This document shows, one piece after another, positions 1 through 13,240 of a stretch of 64,000 bases of DNA (its first letter is position 1; every line of letters starts with the position of its first letter). This stretch comes from Lama glama (lineage: Eukaryota): NCBI GenBank assembly GCA_028534125.1, contig CM052829.1, forward strand, positions 1,054,001 to 1,118,000, in the 5' to 3' direction. The position numbers and the translations under genes are program-made. Under the pieces are notes generated by a model. It worked only from the letters and a program-made list of their open reading frames with translations. It did no database searches and was not told the DNA's origin.

Positions 1-219
1 CTGCGGTTGCTGACGGACGGGAAGGAGCCCCTCCGCCGAGGCCGCGAGCCCTTCTCCCGCGGTGGCTCGTCCTGCGGGAGTGCCCCGGGCAGGGCCACAC
101 CCCGGGCCTCGGCCCCCAGGGCTCCGGGAGGCACTTCCTCTTCTCACCAACCTGGCCCCCTGGGTGGGTCATAGAAGCTGCGGGGAATAAACGAACGGAT
201 GCATCAAGAGCTCCTGGCA

Positions 220-570
220 CGTTGCGGGCTCCGCGCTCCCAGAAGACGTGTATTCGTCCTAACCCTGGGGCCTGGGACGGGGCCTGACCTGGGCATCGGG
301 CTCTGAGGGTGCGGCCCGGTGACGACGAGGGCTGTAGGGGGCTGTCCTCAGCCACACGGGTGTTCTCGTGGGAAGGGGAGGTCAGCACACACACACCTGC
401 GGAGGCAGACGGCTGTGTGGGGGCGCAGGCGGAGCTGGGCGGCGCAGGAAGGGGCCCTCCCCGGAGCCCGCGCAGCGAACGCAGCACTCTGAGCTCAGAC
501 CTTCGTGTCGCTCTCAACCGCCCAGCCTGTGTGTTGTGTCGCAGGAAGCGGGTCCGGGGTGCAAACGCCA
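220..570 (+). mobile_element. MaLR solo LTR (MLT1-like), strongly GC-shifted
   Basis: Motif order (...cccagaagacgtgtattcgtcctaaccc..., ggaaggggccctcccggagcc, ...cccagcctgtgtgttgtgtcgcagg) follows MLT1. Confidence 0.55.
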
Positions 571-1454
571 TGTAACGCCTGGAGACAGAGGACAGTGACC
601 TGCTTTCCTCTCCTCTTACCCACAGGGCAGAACTTTCAGGCCCTGGACCCAAAGTCTTTGTGTTCATCCTGCATGATTTTTAAATCCTGGCGCTGCTGGC
701 GACTTGCTACACGCGTATGGGTGGGCTTTGTTCTAAATGTGCACAGGGAAGGACGCGGATTGCTTCCTCCCTTGACTGAACAGAAGGACGTCCTTCCCAC
801 GGCATCGCTGCCTGTGATGTGGGTCGTCGGCCGCAGCGTGTCTTTACACAAGTAACTGGGAATGTTTATCTCACGAGCAGAGGTTGGGGTTCTCCTTCAC
901 AAGCGGAGAGCCTTTCTGATGGGACTGGCGATTTCAGCCTGTTCTCCCCCACCGCCCCGGCACAGCCGGGTGACCGGCGCACGGCTTCGTCGCGACGGGC
1001 GGGCTCCCGTGCACACGGGAGCCGGGTTATCAGGACATTGTTTCCCTTCAGTGTTAAGACTGAAGTCTAAACAAGTGACATTTATTTTAATTTCTTTACT
1101 TTCTTAACCTCCACGTCTCATCTCTGAATTCTTTCTGCAATGGGGAAGGAACCTAGTCACCAGCAACAAAAATATTCTATTGTATTTCATTTCAAGTTTA
1201 TCTAAGATTGCCGAGCAGGGTGACCAGCTCCCCCATACAGACGCCCTGGGAAGTGGCTCACCTCCCACTGAGTTTCCAGCGCTTCTGTGCAAGTGTTTTA
1301 AGCTCCCCCTTTTCCCCTGTCTTTTCAGCACATCTTTCTGATAACCCCACCTTGTCCCGGCCGACAGAGCCAGGACCCAGCCTCACAGGATGCAGTTGTG
1401 AAGGGCTGCTCCAGGGCAGAGCTCCAAAGGAGCACCCGCTTCTCCAGGCAGAGA

Positions 1455-1600
1455 TTCTCAAGAGATAAGGTGCCTGCAGGTATCTGGAGTTTGATAAAAT
1501 GCCTAGAGGTTCTGAGGCAGGAGGGGAGGAACCCTGTGTTTCTAACTGGCCTCCCAGGGTCCTGCCCCAAGTGCCTCCCAGAGCCGTGGCTGGACCAGGC
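1455..1600. mobile_element. Possible MER5-type (hAT) DNA transposon relic
   Basis: ggaaccctgtgtttctaactggcctcccagggt resembles the MER5 core. Confidence 0.35.
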
Positions 1601-4600
1601 TCCTCTGTTGGAGCCCTGCAACTTACGGTGCAGACACGGTGCAGACACGGTGCGGGCCAAACTGTGCAGTGGCCACAGGGGACCATAAACGCTAAGGGTC
1701 GTTCGTAGTTACAGTTTGCAGCAGTAGACAGCCCTATGTGTCAGCAGCTGGTGCTGGGAGGGAGGGGTCAGCCCCTGCTGAAGAGTCAACACGCTTTATC
1801 CTTTCTGAAAACACAGGATGGAGGAACGGCCACCTCTCCCCACCCCTCCCCCAGCAGCAAGTCACTGATGGTTCTGTACACACTCCTGGAAGAAGTAAAT
1901 GCCCCCTTTAGTTGGAGAGAGACAGACATGGAGACACAGAGACAGACAGACAGACACTGAGAAGAGGCAAAGAAAACCACAGGAACTAGGACTAGAAGTA
2001 GCTCTGCGCTGTAAACTGGCAAACACCACTGCAATGGCAGCCCCGGCGTTTGTGTGGCTCAGCAAATCTCTCTCGCCGAATCCTGTCCACCTCCTTTCCG
2101 AGGTTCTGCTCCAGCTCACCCTCACCTCCTCTCCCACCTGGACAGGAGGGGGACGTGGTCACCATGCGGAGCCAGGGCCTCTGGGCCCCCAGCACCCTCC
2201 CACCCGAGGAAATCCGGCCACAGTCCTTCCCGGCTCTGGAGGTGAAGCCCACCCTGTGCCCTCCCAGGGCGGCCCCCACGGCCTCACAGCCCCTCACCCA
2301 CGGAAGCCGCAGACCGCCCCCCAATTCTGCAGACCCCCACCTCGACAGACCCTCCCCACGTCTGTGGACCCCCAACCTCTTCTATTCACTGCCACCCCAT
2401 CCTTCAGACCCAGCCCCAGTATCAGCCTCTGGGGCCTCTGAGCCCATTTGGACGTGTGGGCTCCTGGCCCCACTCCCAGCGCCCAGCACAACTGTTCCGT
2501 GTTCGACGAGAACATGTACTTCCACGGTGTGCCCTGTGGTCTCTCTCTGATGTGTCCCATCCTGGGGGAGGTCGTCCTGATGACGTGGCTCTGTGAGCGA
2601 GAGCCTGCCCGCCCCGAGGCCTCCTTCCTCTGAGAGCCGGGTGGTGGGCATCGTCAGGACCAGGGCTCATGACCTTCACAAGATCACTGGGCCCACTGAG
2701 GGCCAGGGTCTCCCATGAGCCAGGAGGGGCTGTCCACTCACAGTGAGACCAGGCAGCCAAGTCTCTCTCCGATGTCCATTTTTTAAACGTTGGAAAGGCT
2801 ATCTGATGGGACAGTTCTGTTTGGGTGACAGATGCTTGCAGCATCATTTTAAAAGGAGAAGAGGCGGACATCTACCTTCCCCACGAAGCATCCATTTGGT
2901 TCCAACTGCTTTTCATTTCTGAGCAGCGGTTGCTTCCTGCAGGGCCTCCCCCCACCTCCGCCCACCCAGCCTCTCCCGGGACCCCAGGTGCGCTGGACCT
3001 CGACTCCCCGGTCACAGCCCACAAGCAGCCTTTACTGACTGTAAACAAGAGAAGAAATATTAAGAGAGAGGGGGAAAAGGGCCGACCAAAATGGATGTGT
3101 TCGATTTTTCCATTTAAATCATGTTGGATTGACAAAAGGCAATTGTGGGAAACAGCAGGGAAGGAGCCGTCCTTGTAACCATCCGTGATTCTCTGAAGGG
3201 CGCCCGCCCCCCACACAGGAACTGGCACCCCCCACGGGGGCACAGAAGCTCTAAAATCCCGGGTGGTCTGTGCCCGGCCTCGTGGCCCCCAGCGTTCTGG
3301 GAGCAACTGCATGTGTGGCTGGTACTGGGACAATTTGGGGTTTATGCAGTGCGGTTTAATTCACAAAAGAAAATTCCTTTAATCAGGCAACAGGAATGTC
3401 CTGGGCTGTGTGTGCACCAGGGACCCACTCCGATGGGTCTGGTCATGTCCGATGGGGGCTGGGACCCCCTTCTGGGGCCCGACTGTGCAGGCAGGGGTCC
3501 TGCTGCGGCCAGCATCCTCTGCTGCAGGCCGGTCACCTGGGGTGGGCGCCAGCTTCTCGGAGGACCCCCGTGTCCACACAGGTCCCCCAACAGGCAAAGC
3601 GGGCCAGTCCCTTTCCCCCAGGATTCCAGGTGGTGCCTCAACCCCCCCAAGGTGCCAGGGAGCAAGCTGACATGACTTTGTCCCTTCCCTGCCCCGAGTC
3701 AGCACAGTGCAAAGGGAGAGCCAGCCTGGTGCCCAAGCCCTGGCCGGGCGCCTTCAGGCCTCCAACTCAGGTCCTGACACAGGGCAATGGTGGTACCGTC
3801 CACAGGGGAGACGTGGTGGTTCAAGACTCACCTTCTGGAGGAGCCTGGCATGTGCAGACCCGCCAGCCACGGGAGCAGCAACTTCCGCAGGGCAACTCCC
3901 CGGGACTCGATCAGCTCGCTAGGCTGGTGTTCTGCACACGGGAACAGAAGGGCGCCCAGGTGGCCGGGCTGCGGCCCCGCGTTTCCACCGCCTGCCTGAG
4001 CTGGGCCACCGGTGACACTGTCACAGAGGCGCCTGCCGCCCCCGAGGGCTCCGGAGGGACGGCTGCCCGGGCAATTCTGGAGACCAAGTCCAGCTGTAGG
4101 GGGCGGTGAACGCACTGTTCCAGACGATTCTGTTGTTCTGACGAAGAAAATTGTCTCCAAAAGCCTCGACTGGCAGCACACAGGCCCCAGTCGGCTTCTC
4201 TGAGAAGAGCCTGCCCCGTGGTGACAACACGGCAGCAGGAAGAGGGAATGGCGGGCCCGGGACTCAGACCCTCGGAGTTGGTGTCACCGCCACACTGGTG
4301 AGCCGCGGGCAGCAGCCGGCGACAGGCTGGTCACCTCGGCTGCTGTGCGTCCTGGGGGAGATGCGGCTCCTCGTGGCACCGTGCAGGGGACTCAAAGGCC
4401 CTGGGACAGCTGACGGCGAGTCCCGCATCGCACTCTGAGCTCTCTCCTCATCTGTGCCTGCCCATGTGGGCGGAACATGGCCCCTTCATACATCAGAGCC
4501 CTGACCCCCAGAACCTCAGGATGTGACTGTATTTGGAGATGGGGTGTCCCCTGCCCCTCAAGCTGGCCCTGCCCTGGGAGGACTGAGACCCCAGGTGGAG

Positions 4601-6094
4601 GGCAGGTCCTGGCTGCAGCCCGGCTCTGCTGTCTCAGTGTCACCCCGGGTGGGGAGCAGCCCCCAGGGGCCCGACACCAGCACCCCTTTGAAGACACTGC
4701 TTCCACAGACACTCTTCAGAGACCCTGCTGAGGGTGCAATTGGTTTCAAGGGTCCACAACAGACAGACAAGCTAAAAACAGAACACCCCCGGTCCCCTGT
4801 CCCCTCTGAGACATGAACCACAGGCTGCAGGCAACGGGCAGAGGTGGCAGAGATGGACAGCAGGGTTGAGCCCTTCTGAATGGACACTCCACACAGATGG
4901 ACCAGGGAGCAAGAACTGGGAACCAAAGGACCATCGTGCCTCCTTCAGGGGACACTTGATTTGGCCCAAAGTGTTCCAAACAGTGAGCCCGTCAAGAGCA
5001 GGGGAGGAGTGACCCACCAGAGGGGCGTGTGTGCCCGTGGGACTGTGACACCAACCGCGGGGCTTGTGTAAGTGGCTCAGAGCGTTCGGGTGACATGCTC
5101 AGCTGATGCCATGGACGCAGCACGAGTAATAAACACCTGGATGTCGGTGATGCTCCGGACCTTCCTGCCTCTGGAAGCGACAGGTCGTGTGTGTGTGTTT
5201 CCCTGCGTGCGTGGCACGGCGGGACCCCGGCGCGTCTGCCCCTAGCGCCCGCTTTCTGCTCTCTGAGACACGCCGTGTCCACACACGGGCCGCTCAGGGC
5301 GGAGGAGTGCTCCAGCCACGGAGGGGGTCTCCTGATCCCGGTCCCTGCGGTGGAGGGAGCCGTCCTGCAAGGAGCAGAGACCCTCCCTCGGCCCTGGGGG
5401 CCCTGCCTCACTGTGGGGGGGACGTGATCTGAAACCGTCTCTGTTTGTGCATCTGGGGGAGGTTCTGGACGACAAACTGCAGGGTCACAGATGCCCCCAC
5501 AAAGGAGGCCACGATGCACTCGGTGCCGCGTCTGATCATTGGGTGGACGAGTCTAAGAGCCTGGAAGGCCCCTGCCCGGGAATCATCATTGTCACGGTGC
5601 GTGCGGGCAGGTGTTCTCCCCTCTCTAAGACAAGCTCGACAAGGAGGGCAGCTGCCAGTTAAGCTGCGTCTTTGGAAGCCTCCCTCCCACCCCGGAGGAC
5701 TCCTGTCACAGCCCAGGGGCGGATCCTGCACACGCGGCGCGGAGCCCAGTCACTGTTTGCTCAAACTGCTGGTCGACTCGGCACGAGGAGGGTGAGGAGG
5801 TTGGACTCCTGGGCCCGGAGCTGGACAGGGGAGCCCGGCCAGGGAGGCTGTCAGGGCAGCCCAGCCACCAGGGGCTGGAACGTGGGGCGTGTGCCCGGCA
5901 CAGGGGCAGGAGTGGGCGAGGGGCCTCATGCCTGTCTCGAGCCCAAAGGCACAAGTTCTAGAGATTTCTCTCCTCCCTTCGCCCCACGAACTTAACCTGC
6001 TGAAACTTCACTCTCTGAGGAGCAGCTGTGGAGACGTGAGCAAGGTGGGCCCACCGGCCCCAGCGCAGCTAACCTGTCACACACCTGAAGTCGT

Positions 6095-6285
6095 GTGTCA
6101 CCTGGCCTCCATCTTCACGTGGCTTCTCCCTGCGCCTGTCTGGGCCCAAGTCCCCTGTTCACAGGGACACCGGCCATTTCAGGGTAGGGCCACTCTAGCC
6201 AGCTCGCCGTAACTTGATTCCCTCTGCAAAGGCCCTGTTTCCAGATGAGGCCCTGGGTCCCCACTTCACACACTTCTGGGGACAC
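6095..6285 (-). mobile_element. MLT1-like LTR fragment
   Basis: ggcctccatcttcacgtggcttctccctg...gacaccggccatt...tctgcaaaggccctgtttccagatgaggcc. Confidence 0.65.
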
Positions 6286-8029
6286 GCAGCTCGAGCCTCC
6301 GCAGACGCCCTGAGAGCCTGGCCTCCAGGCCGACCTCAGCAGGCCCTGCTGGTCTTCACGCGGCCTCGAGAAGCCTCAACCTACACTCAAAACAAGGGCA
6401 AACATCACAGAATGAAGCACTTTTTTTTTCTGTAATGTTTTACCCCCAGTAAACTACAAAATCATGCAGAGTAGCTGAGCAGGTCATCGTGGGTCCAGAC
6501 TTTGGGGCCAGGACCTCAAGTTTGTGACCTTCGACTCCATAAAGCTTTGAGGATTCGAGAGGATAGCATCAGGTCTGGCAGAGGTGCACGGGGCTGGGCC
6601 GCAGCGGCGCTCCTGGGACTAAAGAACCAGGCGCTCACCCAGCCATTCAGCAGAGGGCTGGACCACTGCACTCTGGGGTGGCCGCGGATGGGGCGGTCTG
6701 CGCACAGTGCGGCGCCGTGCGGGGGAAACCGGAGCCCGAAAGTGCGTGTACGGAATATCTCAAGTGTGTAAATAACCTGAAAGGAAACACATCCAGATGC
6801 CAGAGAGGCTCTCCCTGGGCGGCAGGAGCAGAAGTCGTCGAAATTTCCCCCGTGTTCTCTCCTGTGTTTGCTTAATTCTCTGCAGTAGATAGAAATTGTA
6901 TTTACACAGAACAAAAAGCTAGGAAGCATTATTTCAGAATAAATATGGGTTATTTTCTGACAGCCACCAAAAGAAAAAGAACCGATCAGCACAATTTTGG
7001 GTTTTGAGGGGTCTTTATAACAACCGCATGTGTGACTGCCCCGGGGTGGAATGGCTCCGAACCCACGCAGGGGAGGACAAGTTCAGAAAAGTCAGCAGAA
7101 GAAAGGACTCCGGGGCATCTTGAAACATTTACCTTTGTGTGTTCAGTTGCCTGAGTGAAAGGAGTCTTGGGGTAGTGACGGTGACACCCTCCGGGGTGGA
7201 TGTGACCTTGCCAGTCCAGGATCCGTCTCCACTCCTTGCGATTCAGGAGCACACATCACAACACCAGGACGCTGCCCGACCTGCGGTGCCACAGGCCGTG
7301 GGGGTTTTCCCCGCTCGCACACGGAAGGCAGAGTGACTCGGAGCCCCCGGGCACCAGCCCACTGTCACGTGAGGTGCGTGTGCAGCAGGTACGGAGGGCG
7401 GAGGGGGTCCGGGCTCTCTCTCCACACGCCCTCCTCTCCCTGCCACCCTGCTCATCACTCCCCTGATCTTCCAGACAGTGTTTCCTCCCCTCCCCTTCCT
7501 CTCAAACACCCCACTTGCCCTGGGGTCCCACTAAACCTCAGCTGAGGACCTCTCCTCTGACTCCCACAGTCCGCCGTCCCCTGATGCAAGGGAGTGCCCT
7601 CCCCCAGCCCGTGTCACTCCAGCACAGACGGGAGAATCCCGCCGGCCACCCCTCCACTCATCCCCCTCCTTGAACTGGGCGTCAGAGTTCACACCCTCCC
7701 TCCCAGGCTCCCGTCTGGCCCAGGGCTGCCCTCCTCTGGGCGGCCCAGTGGCTTCAAGCGTGTCCCCCTGCCCCCGGCTCTCAGGCTTGGCTGGCTCCAG
7801 CCCTGGCCGGCCCCGACTTCCAGACTTTCTACCGGCTGCCGGCCTGCTGTCCCGCGGGGGTCTTTCTCCTCCAAGTCTGCCTCTCCCAGGTTCCCCGCCT
7901 CCCCCGAGGCAGCCCGGCTGGCAGAGGGCGTGGCCACACCAGCTGGGCCCCGGTGCGCCCCTTCCAAGCTGCAGGGCCTGGTTCTCACAGACCCTTCGCC
8001 GCCCCTGAGTCTGGTGGTGAACTACGGGT

Positions 8030-8128
8030 GGATAAAGCTTCCTGGAGTAGTTGTGAGCGCTAAGCTGAGAAATGCGCTTAAAGCTCTTAGAACTGAGTCT
8101 GGCACACAGTAGGTGCTGCGTAAGTGCT
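8030..8128 (+). mobile_element. MIR fragment
   Basis: gttgtgagcgctaagctgagaaatgcgcttaaagctcttagaac...tggcacacagtaggtgct. Confidence 0.65.
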
Positions 8129-10417
8129 CTCTGCGATCATCGCTGTTATTCATCCAAGTCCTCTTAGGAAAAGCCTGAGTCACCCTTGTGCTGCAGCCCT
8201 GCCTCCTCCGCGCCCACACCCCACATCAGGACACGCCGAGGCTGACCGGGTCCCCGCCGGCGCCCTGTCTTGCCCAGACAGCTCCGCCGCCTCCCAGCGC
8301 GTCCTTTGTCTCTTCTCTAACCGAGGGTCCATCCTGAAGACAATGCCCAGCACTTTTGCTCGAACGTATGAAATGGATGCTGTGATCAGCACACCCAGGC
8401 TCCCGGGAACTTGAGTTGCGATGAGACCTGAAGTCCTGCCCGCGGACGGGGCACCTCCCCCTCCACGGTCACTCTGTGACCCCAGGCCCCCTCACACCTT
8501 CCAGCCGCCCTGACCCTCTCCCTGCTCCTCACTCGCCGTGGTCTCCCTACCCAATGGCTTTTGCAGCTGCTGTTCGCTGCTTGGAGCCACGTCCCCAAAT
8601 CTCCACATGCCTCACTGCTTTCCAGAACTCCGGGGTCAGGCCGGGGCGCCTCCTCAGAGAGGCCCCTCCTGACCCCTCTAGAATAGCCTCTGCCCCAACC
8701 CGTGGCTCTCCGTCTCGGCGTGGTAACTCCCACCGCAGCGTTTGACGTCTTGAGATTATTGACTGTGTGTTTAGTTTCGGTCTCTTTCCACTGTAATGTC
8801 AACTGGCTGAGGACAGAGGTCTCTGGGGCTTGGGGTGCTGGGCCTCCGGCCCCCAGAAGAGTGCTTGGCTGAAGATCCTTGTCGGATGGGAGGCTGGGAG
8901 GGGGTTGAGGGGTGGGGGAGGGAAGGAGGGAGGGCAGGAAGAAAGGGAGGGGAGGAGGTTGGGGGGCTGGAGGGAAGGGGGGTTATTAAATAGGAAGACG
9001 GAGCACCATGTGGAAGGGGGGTCTCCAGCCACCCCCACCTACTCACCATCCTCGTGTTGTCTGAAGAGGACGCCGGCCCGCCCGCTGCCGGGGCTCCGCT
9101 CACTCTGTCCAGGGACCTGAGCTCCATTCGCTTCAGTCTGAACACATGCCAAGGGCTGTCTCAGTGAAGAACTTTCTAAAATTAGAATTGATTTCTTCAA
9201 CCCTGATTTGAGAAACACTTCATTCTGTTTTAAAACGTACATGGTTTATAAGCACGGGTTTTATTCCAAGTCTTCCGAGTGTCACACACCTGCTTCGGCG
9301 AGAAGCCAGAACGTCCCTGTGGGCTCGCAGCCCGAGTCTGTCTCCGAGCATCCGGGGGAGGCATCAGTCTGCAAGGGGCCCGACGCACATCTCCAGCATC
9401 GATGTCTGTTCTGTCATTGTCCCTTTGGAGGTCTCTCACCTCTCAACCTTCCCCTCCAGGTAAAACCCTTTGTAGCAGAAAAAAGTCTGCTGCTCCTGCT
9501 TTTATGAGCCGGTCGCCCCTTTACCTCTGCAGGTAAGAGGTGTCTTCTCCTAAAAGAGTGAAAAATGGACAGTTTGGGGAGGGGGGTTGAGGGATTTTTT
9601 AAGAGAAATTTTTCAATAGATTCAAAGGGTCCAGTGGTCACAACACATCTGTCAGCAGAGCACTGGCTGCTCCTTACAGTACCTTGTGGGCCTCGCAAAC
9701 CCAGGTGTTGAGACACGTGCGGGCATGGGCGTGGGCGGACTGGAGGGGAAGGTTGGAAGGGGCAGCTCTGGTCAGTGGATCAGTGTCTGAGCAATGCTGA
9801 AATCTCCCCCGCCCCCCTCTCCCTCCGTTAACAACCCGGACTCTGGTGTCTTTCATGCTGGTCACTTATCACTACAAAAAGGGGTTATGGACACAAGTAG
9901 ACCACTGAGCTGTTTCAGATGTGAGCAGATAACCCTGTTCTGAATTTCAGACTTGTTCTGAGACCTCTGTGAGAGAAAGCTGGTTTCCTGGGATTTGGGG
10001 GCCCAGAGATCTGGGCCAGGGGCCAGGTGACAGGGTCTGTTTCTTCAAGAAAAACCTGTCTCTAGTCTTTTTCTACCAAAATGAATTTTCTATTCACATG
10101 TTTTTGCTTTGGCCATTATTACTGAGAAGCACTCTCAAGCACCTCTAGATCAATGGGGTCAAAAAACTAAAACCTCAAAGTGAAAGCCAGAGTTTTTGGT
10201 TCTAAAAAGGAATTTATGTGCCCTCTTCATTTTTCACATTTGATTTAAAATAATGACCTCACACAAGGAGGCTACGAAGTCTAAAACCCCTGCCAATTCT
10301 CAGCTTTTCCAAGTTCTGTGATGGACAGTATAGGGTACACTGTCCCAGTGATCCCGCGAGTGGCCCTACCGGACATGGTGGGAAACTGAAAGAAATGCGT
10401 TTGTAGCCTCCACCTCC

Positions 10418-10722
10418 TCACCTCATCATCAGCGTCCCCTTCACCTCCATCATCAGCATCCCCCTCACCTTCATCATCAGCGTCCCCTTCACCTCCATCA
10501 TCAGCATCCCCCTCACCTTCATCATCAGCATCCTCCTCACCTCCATTATCAGCATCCCCTTCACCTCCATCATCAGCACCCCCCTCACCTTCGTCATCAG
10601 CATCCTCCTCACCTCCATCATCAGCATCATCCTCACCTCCATCATCAGCATCCCCTTCACCTCCATCATCAGCATCATCTTCACCTCCATCATCAGCATC
10701 CTCCTCACCTCCATCATCACCA
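10418..10722. repeat. 24-bp minisatellite, ~12.7 copies, consensus TCACCTCCATCATCAGCATCCCCY
   Basis: Units start at 10441, 10465, 10489 and so on to 10705, plus a 23-bp first unit at 10418. Confidence 0.95.
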
Positions 10723-12799
10723 CCACCAACACTATCATTGCAGCAAACATTGAGTGCCCAGTAAGTGCTGGTCACTTATTTATTAAGGCCCACAAAGTTC
10801 TGTGTGATGTGAACATCAAAGCTCAGAAAGAGTAAGTAACGTGCTGAGGACCTGCAGTTGCGAAGACCTGGCCGGCCCCACTCATAACCTAGAAGGAACC
10901 ACTCTGTGTCCCCGCCACCCCGAGAGCCCCGCCCATGCTTGGAGAAGGAAGTCTCACGTTTCCTTCCTGCCCAGCTGTGCTTCATGAGCACAAGGATGTA
11001 TCCGAGGAAGGAAATGCCTCCTCACAGTGGTGACTGTGCGTAGACAGTCACTTGGCCAGGCTGCTGTTACGGAGATGGTTCCAGCACTGGCTCGAGCTTT
11101 AATTCAGAGCGGTGGTTGAGAACCGTGCTCCAAACCCTTGGGCCCCCCTGGGGCCACTGTGGGGCCAGGGCTGCTCGGGGGGCAGGCAGAGAGCAGGTGC
11201 GGGGGTCCAGCCCCCACCCCTCTGCCAGTAGTGCAGCCCGGGGGGGCGTGTGTCCCACATCCTGGGCTTCCTCACTAAACGTGGTTTGGAGAGAGTATAT
11301 CAAGGCTAAGGTGTTTGAGAGACACGGGAACTGATGACTTTTAACGCTGTTTCTGTGCTGTGGGAGTTGATGACTTCGCCGTTGGTTTCCTGGATATTCA
11401 CCATCCAGGATTCGTCATTCCGCCAGTGCCAGCTCCCCTGCTGTCCCTCAGTCAGCGCAGCGGCCAGGACGGGTCAGCTCTGGGTGTCGCTCTGATCTAC
11501 ACAACACGACAAGAAGGCACACACCTGGCAGCTGACCCCACAGGCGACCAGGTGAGGGTGGTGACTGATGTTTTAACCCAGAGGGAAGAACTAAACCTTT
11601 CCCTGCAGACAAGCTGCAGAGAGAAAATGCAGAACTTCAGGTGGGCTTTGAAATGAAAGATGTGCTTCGTGATTAAATGAGAGTTAGAAGTGCAGATTTC
11701 AAAGAGACCAGAAGTCGGAATGCGCGCCCCTGCGGGTGCAGGGCTCCGCTCTGCTCCCGGGGTGGAGGGGCCTCTGCCAGCCGCTGCGTCTGTTTTTCTG
11801 TTTCTGCTTCAGAAGGCAGGTTGTTCACTCGGGGCCCCTCGGTGCTGGGTCTCCTGGCCCTGACCGCTCCCGGCCTGGTTACGGGGTGCTGTCTGTGTGT
11901 CCCTCCTCTGCTGCCGTGGCAGCTTCTGAGACGGGCGGCTCTGTGCTACTCTCTTTCTGAGCGACACTCGCGGATGCCACGTGCCTGAGCTCGGGAACAA
12001 CTGAACGTAAAGGAGGAAGGGGGGCCTGTCCTCGCTGACGGACTCTGCCCTGGAAAGCCTTCAGGAGGGTCCAGCTCCCAGAAGGGCCCGAGGCTGATGC
12101 CGGGGGAGCTCCTCCCGAGGGCCAACCCCTCTGTCTCCACGTGTGGCTGTGCTGCAGGAGGTCGGCGCTGTGCTCTGTTTGCTAAGAAGACAGACGCGCA
12201 GACAAGGAGTCCAGGCGCCCACTAGGCCAGACCTGAGTCCCACCCCCTCCCTCCACCGCCATCAAGGCACCTTGTCTCTGCCACTCACTGTCCCCGGGTG
12301 TGCTGGGGACCTGCTGAACCTGCCAGGGCCCTGCCGCCCAGATGGGGAGGGTGATGCTAGAGAGTAACACACAGTTCACTGCCCGTCCTTCCTGCTCCAT
12401 ACTCCTCACGGCACTGCCGACAAAGCCATGCGGCTGTGGGAAGCCGCGGCCGCTGGCGGGGCATTGGGAATGTAGACATTAACCTGCTCTGAAATTTCAG
12501 ATCATATTTATTCAAAATCTGTGTCTTCATGGTCGCTTTTCCCCAGGAAGATGGTATCAGGGGACTGACCCCCTCTGTGTACCCCGTTCTCCACCAGGTG
12601 CCCCCGTGGGCTCCCTCACGGGGGGACCTCATGTCCCAGGCGTCCCAGAAGACCAAGCAGAGGGGGTGGCCGTGGACCTCTGACCAAGGTCCTGGAGGAA
12701 CCATCTCTTCCCCTCAGAACACCACCACTGTCCTGGTTACTGAAGCCAGAGCCTTCCCCCAGCCTCAGCGTCACAGATGCCCCAGGCGGGCCGCTCCTC

Positions 12800-13240
12800 C
12801 CGCCCTGCCTGGATCAAAGCCTCTGTTCTGACCCTTGCCCCTCCCTCGGTCTGGCCTCCTGCAGCCAGAGCCATCCCAGCGAACGCTTAAGCCCTCCTCA
12901 TGGTCACTGCACTGGGAGAGATCTCGAGGTCCCCCTTGGCGCCTCCTTTGGGTCTCGGGGCCCTGTCCCTCTCCAATTTCTTTTTGGACACACCAAGCTG
13001 CTTGCTGCTCCCAGGTGGAGCCAGGTGTGCCCTGCCTCAGGGCCTTTGCACAGGCCATCCCTGTGCCTGGAGCACACCTCCCCTGCAAGCTGCAGGAAAT
13101 CTCATGTACCTCCCCCTGGGAGCTGCCCCAGAGTTTGTATGAAATAGAACAGTGAGCCCCACTACCCCAGATGCTCCCTGTGGTTCTTACCAGCATCCAA
13201 TCACTTCTGTGTGTCGGTCAACTGTCCTTTACGATGAACA
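12800..13240. mobile_element. L2 fragment(s)
   Basis: ctgcctcagggcctttgcacaggccatccctgtgcctggagcac is a typical L2 motif. Confidence 0.55.

Noticed and set aside
10418-10722. CRISPR-like array
   Set aside because: Head-to-tail repeats with no unique spacers, in mammalian DNA with no cas genes.
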